From positions 1 to 31,317 of IMG/VR virus record IMGVR_UViG_3300045988_067427: 31,317 bases of DNA. One strand, written 5' to 3'. Numbering within the stretch: the first letter of the stretch is position 1; every line of letters begins with the position of its first letter. Origin of the DNA: a virus. Positions 30,220 to 31,317 of the stretch are shown piece by piece. The position numbers and the translations under genes were made by a program. The notes under the pieces are model-generated. The model was not told where the DNA came from and searched no databases. It was given only the letters and a program-made list of their open reading frames with translations.

Positions 30220-31283
30220 TGATTAAATGGCAGTCGTTTGCAGCTCTAGACGGTAGACCTCTGACTGAGCTACCTGGACTAGCTGTCAAATCAAGCCTGT
30301 CATCCATCATCGGGCGGGGAGACTCTGTGACTGTGAGTCTCCCCGTCTGTGATAGGTGGCCAGCTAACTGGATGGATGGCACTCAGCCTATGCGTGCCGT
30401 CCTGGCAGCTATAGACGACAATATTGTGTTGTGGGCTGGCTGGGTAGAGAAGCGCTCATACGGGTCAGGTGAGTCCATGGAGCTGACTCTACAGCCTGCC
30501 GAGGAGTGGCTGAAGCGCAACTATATCCCTGAACTGGTTTTCAGGGACCAACGGTATACCACGATCGCTAGAGGGATAGGTCTAGACCGCCTGGTAGCTC
30601 AGTTTAATGGGCGTCTGGATGAGGATCCTACCCTTGATTGGGGTGATAGGACGTACCGTGCTGACCAGGATATGACGTGCTTGGCAGGTCTCCAGAACCT
30701 CATGAAGACTAGGCATGGTGCAGAGTTCGCTACGTCATGGGAACTGCGCGAGAACGGTCATCTCGGTATTGTGGTCCACACAGCGTACCGTCTTGGAGGT
30801 GTGGGTAAAGACACTGCCGGCGCTGCTGTGCTATCTCAAGGCTCCTGGCAACAGGTCGAGGACTGCTCTGACGGTAAAGGAGCCACAATCTGGCGTGTGG
30901 TCTCGAATAGGTCTGGGGATGAACGCAAGGAATTCGCCACGTCTAACGGTCAAGTCCTGCAATATGGGTGGCTTGAGCTTGAGAGACGGTGGACTCCTGA
31001 CACAGGGTCAGTTGATGACACTGTTTTGCAGCAATACATGTATGCAGCTAAGGAGAGTCAGTCCTACGGGCTGACTTCAATCAGTGTGGAGACTACTTTG
31101 GACCACTTCATGCCAGGTCGTGACTTTGTTCTAGGCGACTATGTGGATATTGATATGACTAATCTTAGTAACCCAGAGCTGAAATTCAAGGGTAAGGCCC
31201 GTGTTATTGGTTGGGTATGCGACCCTGACCCCGTATCTGGGGAACTCACTAAGATTAAGCCTATGCTTTCACTGGAGGATTGA
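30219..31283 (+). CDS. Minor tail protein
   Basis: 354 aa with a TAATG junction. Its stop lies inside the 55-nt terminal overlap. Confidence 0.65.
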   Translation: MIKWQSFAALDGRPLTELPGLAVKSSLSSIIGRGDSVTVSLPVCDRWPANWMDGTQPMRAVLAAIDDNIVLWAGWVEKRSYGSGESMELTLQPAEEWLKRNYIPELVFRDQRYTTIARGIGLDRLVAQFNGRLDEDPTLDWGDRTYRADQDMTCLAGLQNLMKTRHGAEFATSWELRENGHLGIVVHTAYRLGGVGKDTAGAAVLSQGSWQQVEDCSDGKGATIWRVVSNRSGDERKEFATSNGQVLQYGWLELERRWTPDTGSVDDTVLQQYMYAAKESQSYGLTSISVETTLDHFMPGRDFVLGDYVDIDMTNLSNPELKFKGKARVIGWVCDPDPVSGELTKIKPMLSLED

Positions 31284-31317
31284 TGAGTTTCGACCCTACT
31301 ACGGTCGATAGGCCGTC
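31263..31317. repeat. Second copy of the 55-nt terminal overlap
   Basis: Exact copy of 1-55. Confidence 0.9.

Noticed and set aside
1-31317. Search for lysogeny, toxin-antitoxin, retron/DGR (reverse transcriptase), methyltransferase or tRNA genes.
   Set aside because: No ORF shows integrase (R..HxxR..Y), RT (YxDD), SAM-MTase (FxGxG, DPPY/NPPY) or HTH-repressor signatures on inspection. Absence cannot be proven without profile searches.

Overview
This window is a complete, circularly closed genome of a tailed dsDNA phage. It has 31,262 unique nt, and positions 1-55 are repeated exactly at 31263-31317. The structural module is siphovirus-like and HK97-type. Several traits suggest an actinobacterial host, but this is inference only: extended -10 promoters, leaderless starts, frequent GTG/TTG starts, an FDxHR-type zinc protein and a portal-MuF fusion.

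Two gene arms diverge from a ~680-nt non-coding, structure-rich region (15784-16460). They converge on a bidirectional terminator at 3024-3059.

The + arm runs 16461 -> 31283 and wraps to 21 -> 3012. In order it encodes a small leaderless ORF, HNH endonuclease, small and large terminase, portal-MuF fusion, prohead protease, major capsid protein, head-tail joining proteins and major tail protein. These are followed by frameshifted tail chaperones, tape measure, distal and minor tail proteins, and a lysis cassette (membrane coiled-coil protein, M15-type endolysin, GH16-like protein, holin).

The - arm runs 15783 -> 3078. It starts with a GC-rich orphan gene, a zinc-binding protein and an acidic early protein. 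Next comes a nucleotide cassette: a deaminase-fold pair, a ThyA homologue carrying the dCMP-type Asp, and a thioredoxin. The replication genes follow: SNF2/DExH helicase, family A DNA polymerase, Cas4-like nuclease, Sak4-like ATPase, DUF669/SSB-like protein, VRR-NUC nuclease and prim-pol/helicase. The arm ends with small acidic ORFs.

I found no integrase, repressor, tRNA or CRISPR array.

The most notable signals are:
- The octamer GTGTGGTC and its GTGTGGHC relatives are massively over-represented, independent of reading frame and strand.
- A candidate cytosine-modification cassette.
- A GC-rich island bracketed by ~55-nt direct repeats, next to two long hairpins that share the same apical motif in mirror orientation.

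All calls come from reading the sequence and the ORF track by eye. No database search or computation was run.
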